NCBI GenBank assembly: GCA_002104945.1
Contig: MCFH01000009.1
Coordinates: 744,001 to 808,000 of the forward strand
Length of the DNA: 64,000 bases
Source of the DNA: Piromyces finnis finn
Lineage: Eukaryota > Fungi > Neocallimastigomycota
Reading direction: 5' to 3'
Shown here: positions 61,225 through 64,000 of the stretch, in pieces
Layout of the letters: each line of letters begins with the position of its first letter
Numbering within the stretch: position 1 is the stretch's first letter
The notes under the pieces: generated by a model
Told to the model about the DNA's origin: nothing
Database searches by the model: none
The model's input: only the letters and a program-made list of their open reading frames with translations
Made by a program: the position numbers and the translations under genes

Positions 61225-64000
61225 TTACTTCTTAACTCTTTTATTTTTCTTATTTTGATTCTTAGCTTTTCTTTTATTATTATTATTGTTATTTCCTTTC
61301 TTTTGAGAATTGAAAGGCTTATTATTAAATGATTTCATAATTTCTGCAATATTTTCGGTAGTATCTTCTTCTTCTTCTTCTTCTTCATTTTGTAATGGGT
61401 TGTTTTCTAATAATTTTTCCCAATCATCAGCATTTGCAAAACTACCACCTCCCATTTTAAAGTATTCTCCTTCATAACCAAGTGATTTAGCTTTAGCTTC
61501 TAATCTATTTAAACTTTTAGATTTCTTATTTTTCTTATTGTCCTTTTTATTCTTTGACTTTTTCATTTCACTTTCAATTCCTTCAAATTCCTCATCTTCA
61601 GCTAATTCATCAACGTTATCGTCACCAAAAGCAATATTTATTAATTCTTGTCCTTCTTCATCACCCATATCAATATTTTCCCAGTCAACTTCTTCATCTA
61701 AATCTTCCCATTCTTTACTATCGCTAGCATCAACTTCAATATCAGTCTTTTTTGATTTATTTTCATTATTTGATTTTTTAGCCTTCTTTGGTTTCTTAAT
61801 TTCAATATCATTAATATCAAACATTTCCTTCAAATCTAAAATATCTTTATTAATTTCTTCCTTAGTTTCTTCTTCATCATCGTCCTCACCATCTTCTTCA
61901 TCACCTTCTATTTTAATATCATCTTCATCCATTTCATTATTAGCTTCATCAACTTCACTTTCAGCAATATCATCTAACTCATTGAGTTTTTCCATTTCGT
62001 CTTCATCTAGTTCTTCATCTTCAGCATCGTTATCAGAAGCGAAATCTTTTTCATCAAATTCAACATCATCATCCTCATCTTCTACTTCTGGGAAACCACT
62101 ACTATTTTGCATAGCTTTAAAGATTTCATCTTCTTCTAATTCTTCTTGTTCTTCATCATCTTCAATAGCATTATCATCATCAAATTCAGTATCAAGATCA
62201 ACAGTTTTGGTCTTTTTCTTCTTACTATTAGCATTTTGTTCTTTAAAGTATTTGTAAAAGAATAACTGTAATAAAATGAAATCAAATTTAAAACAATTAA
62301 TATTTTATTATATATATTGAATTTTTTTATTTAAAAGTTAATTTTAAATCAAACTTACTTCATCAACAGGAATATCTTTTTCTTCTCTCTTTAAGAAGTT
62401 TTGAGTATTAACAGCATAATCATCCATCATAATTCTCTTCTTTTTACCTAAATTCTCATCGTCTTCTTGTTCAAGAATTACGTTTTGCTTCTTCATACTA
62501 CTTACTAAACCATTACTAATTATTTTCTTTGGTTGCATAATACTTCCACCTTTGTATGTATTACTAACCTTCTTTGGATTCTTGTAAATAAATCTATCAA
62601 GGAAACGACTTAATGTATGATTTTGTAATGGATCATAATTAATAGATTTTGGGAATTCAATGAAATTTCCTGATAATAAGGTTTGACAGTATAAAGCAAC
62701 AGTTGGATGATAATGACTAGTAAATTGAGTCTTTAATTCATATTTACAATAAATTTCATATAAAATATTAATAAAGTGATTTTAAACATTTTTCATATAT
62801 CTATATTTAAAACTTAATTAATTACCAATTCCCAAAGACAAGAATTATCAACGTTTGTGTAAAGTGGATCACGTTTTTTCCCATCATATTTATTTAAGGC
62901 TTTACTATCATCATTTTGAATTTCCTTTTCAGAAGTTTCCTTATTATCATCATCATCATTATCATTTTCTTCTTCTTCAACAACATCTTTAAATTCTTCT
63001 TCATCACTATCATTTTCTTCCGGTTGAGTAATTATAACTAATAATCCAGGTTTTTGTTTAATAATTTCACTTACTAAATATAATGAACCACAAATAAATG
63101 GAACTTTGTGGAAAGTACAAACTTGAAGTATTCTTTTTATGAATGATTTTATACGAATTAAAGAATTATCTTCTTTTAATGATTTGTATAATAAATTTAA
63201 GTACATAGCATGCTTGGATGATGAAAATAAACGATGATCAAATAAAGTCATATATAATGAACGATAATATCTATCGGAAATAACCTTTTAAATATTAATG
63301 ATAATAAATAAATAAACAAATAAGTAAGTGTGAATAATTTATATTTTTAAAAATATTAAATAATGGTTATTTACTTGACGAGATAATGAAACTTGGAAGA
63401 TTAACATTAAAGCTTGAATACTGATATTAAAAGTACCAATATGAGAAATAGTAAATAAAGTATTGATTTGCTTGTCGAAACTAAATAATATACATATTAA
63501 ATAATATTTAATTAATTATTTTCGAATTTGATATTTTATTTTTGAAAATATTATAAAAAAATTAATATTTTTATTTTTAAAAGTATACGGTTTCTTACAC
63601 TTCATCTTCAACCTTAGCAAATGGGAAAGTACGATTAACACCAGTTAATAAAGCAGCCATCATTTTAACGTTTACTGAATCAATTTCTGTAATATTACCA
63701 TTATTATTCTTATCAGACTTCTTTTTTGATTTCTTTTGAGTTTTATGTATATTTTTTCCACAAAGTTTCTCGAAAAGAACAAAATATATTTCAATTAATT
63801 TATTAGCAGCTTCTTCACCACTTTTATTTCTTGTTAAAATAATTTGATTTAAGAAAATAACAGAATAATATTGAGCTCTATCTGAAATATTAGTTCTAAA
63901 TAATAAGTGTTCGATTTCTTTAATTACTATAAGTTTCATATTTGGATGCTTCAATAATAATTGTGATAAAAGATAAGATGCTTTTGATGCAAGTTTACGA
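61225..64000 (-). CDS. MAK21: Mak21/Noc1 (CEBPZ, CBF/Mak21 domain) 60S biogenesis factor; 5' part beyond the window
   Basis: HPNMKLIVIKEIE..RAQYYSVIFLNQ; MAALLTGVNRTFPF; RFIKRILQ; YDGKKRDPLY..SCLWEL; HYHPTVALY; LQNHTLSRFLDRFIYKNPKK; long acidic tail. Confidence 0.93.

Noticed and set aside
61538-62257. 239-aa Ser-rich plus-strand ORF
   Set aside because: Antisense shadow of the acidic (GAA/GAT-rich) MAK21 tail.

Overview
Extremely AT-rich, intron-dense eukaryotic DNA. Composition and gene content point to an anaerobic gut fungus (Neocallimastigomycota); this is an inference. Host genes left to right: Ku70 (partial), four tandem, highly diverged 7TM+RGS genes (with a tRNA-Ala-derived SINE just upstream of the third), NOL10/ENP2, an SFSWAP-like DRY_EERY/SURP protein, a beta-helix/EGF class-C-like GPCR, PTM1/TMEM87, a C2-domain class-3 lipase, NHA1, a very long NOT4, a Cdc24-type OB-fold protein, TAF10 and MAK21/NOC1 (partial). 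The standout is a 4,889-bp non-autonomous Ty1/copia-type LTR element (49943-54831, minus strand). Its two 217-bp LTRs differ at one base, and it retains a half-tRNA-Lys primer site and both central and 3' polypurine tracts. Its gag-pol has decayed, and its only intact ORF is an intronless, secreted, probably surface-anchored GH24 phage-type lysozyme, so it looks like a retro-mobile antibacterial cassette. Exon structures were read by eye; multi-exon CDS coordinates give the gene span from start to stop codon.
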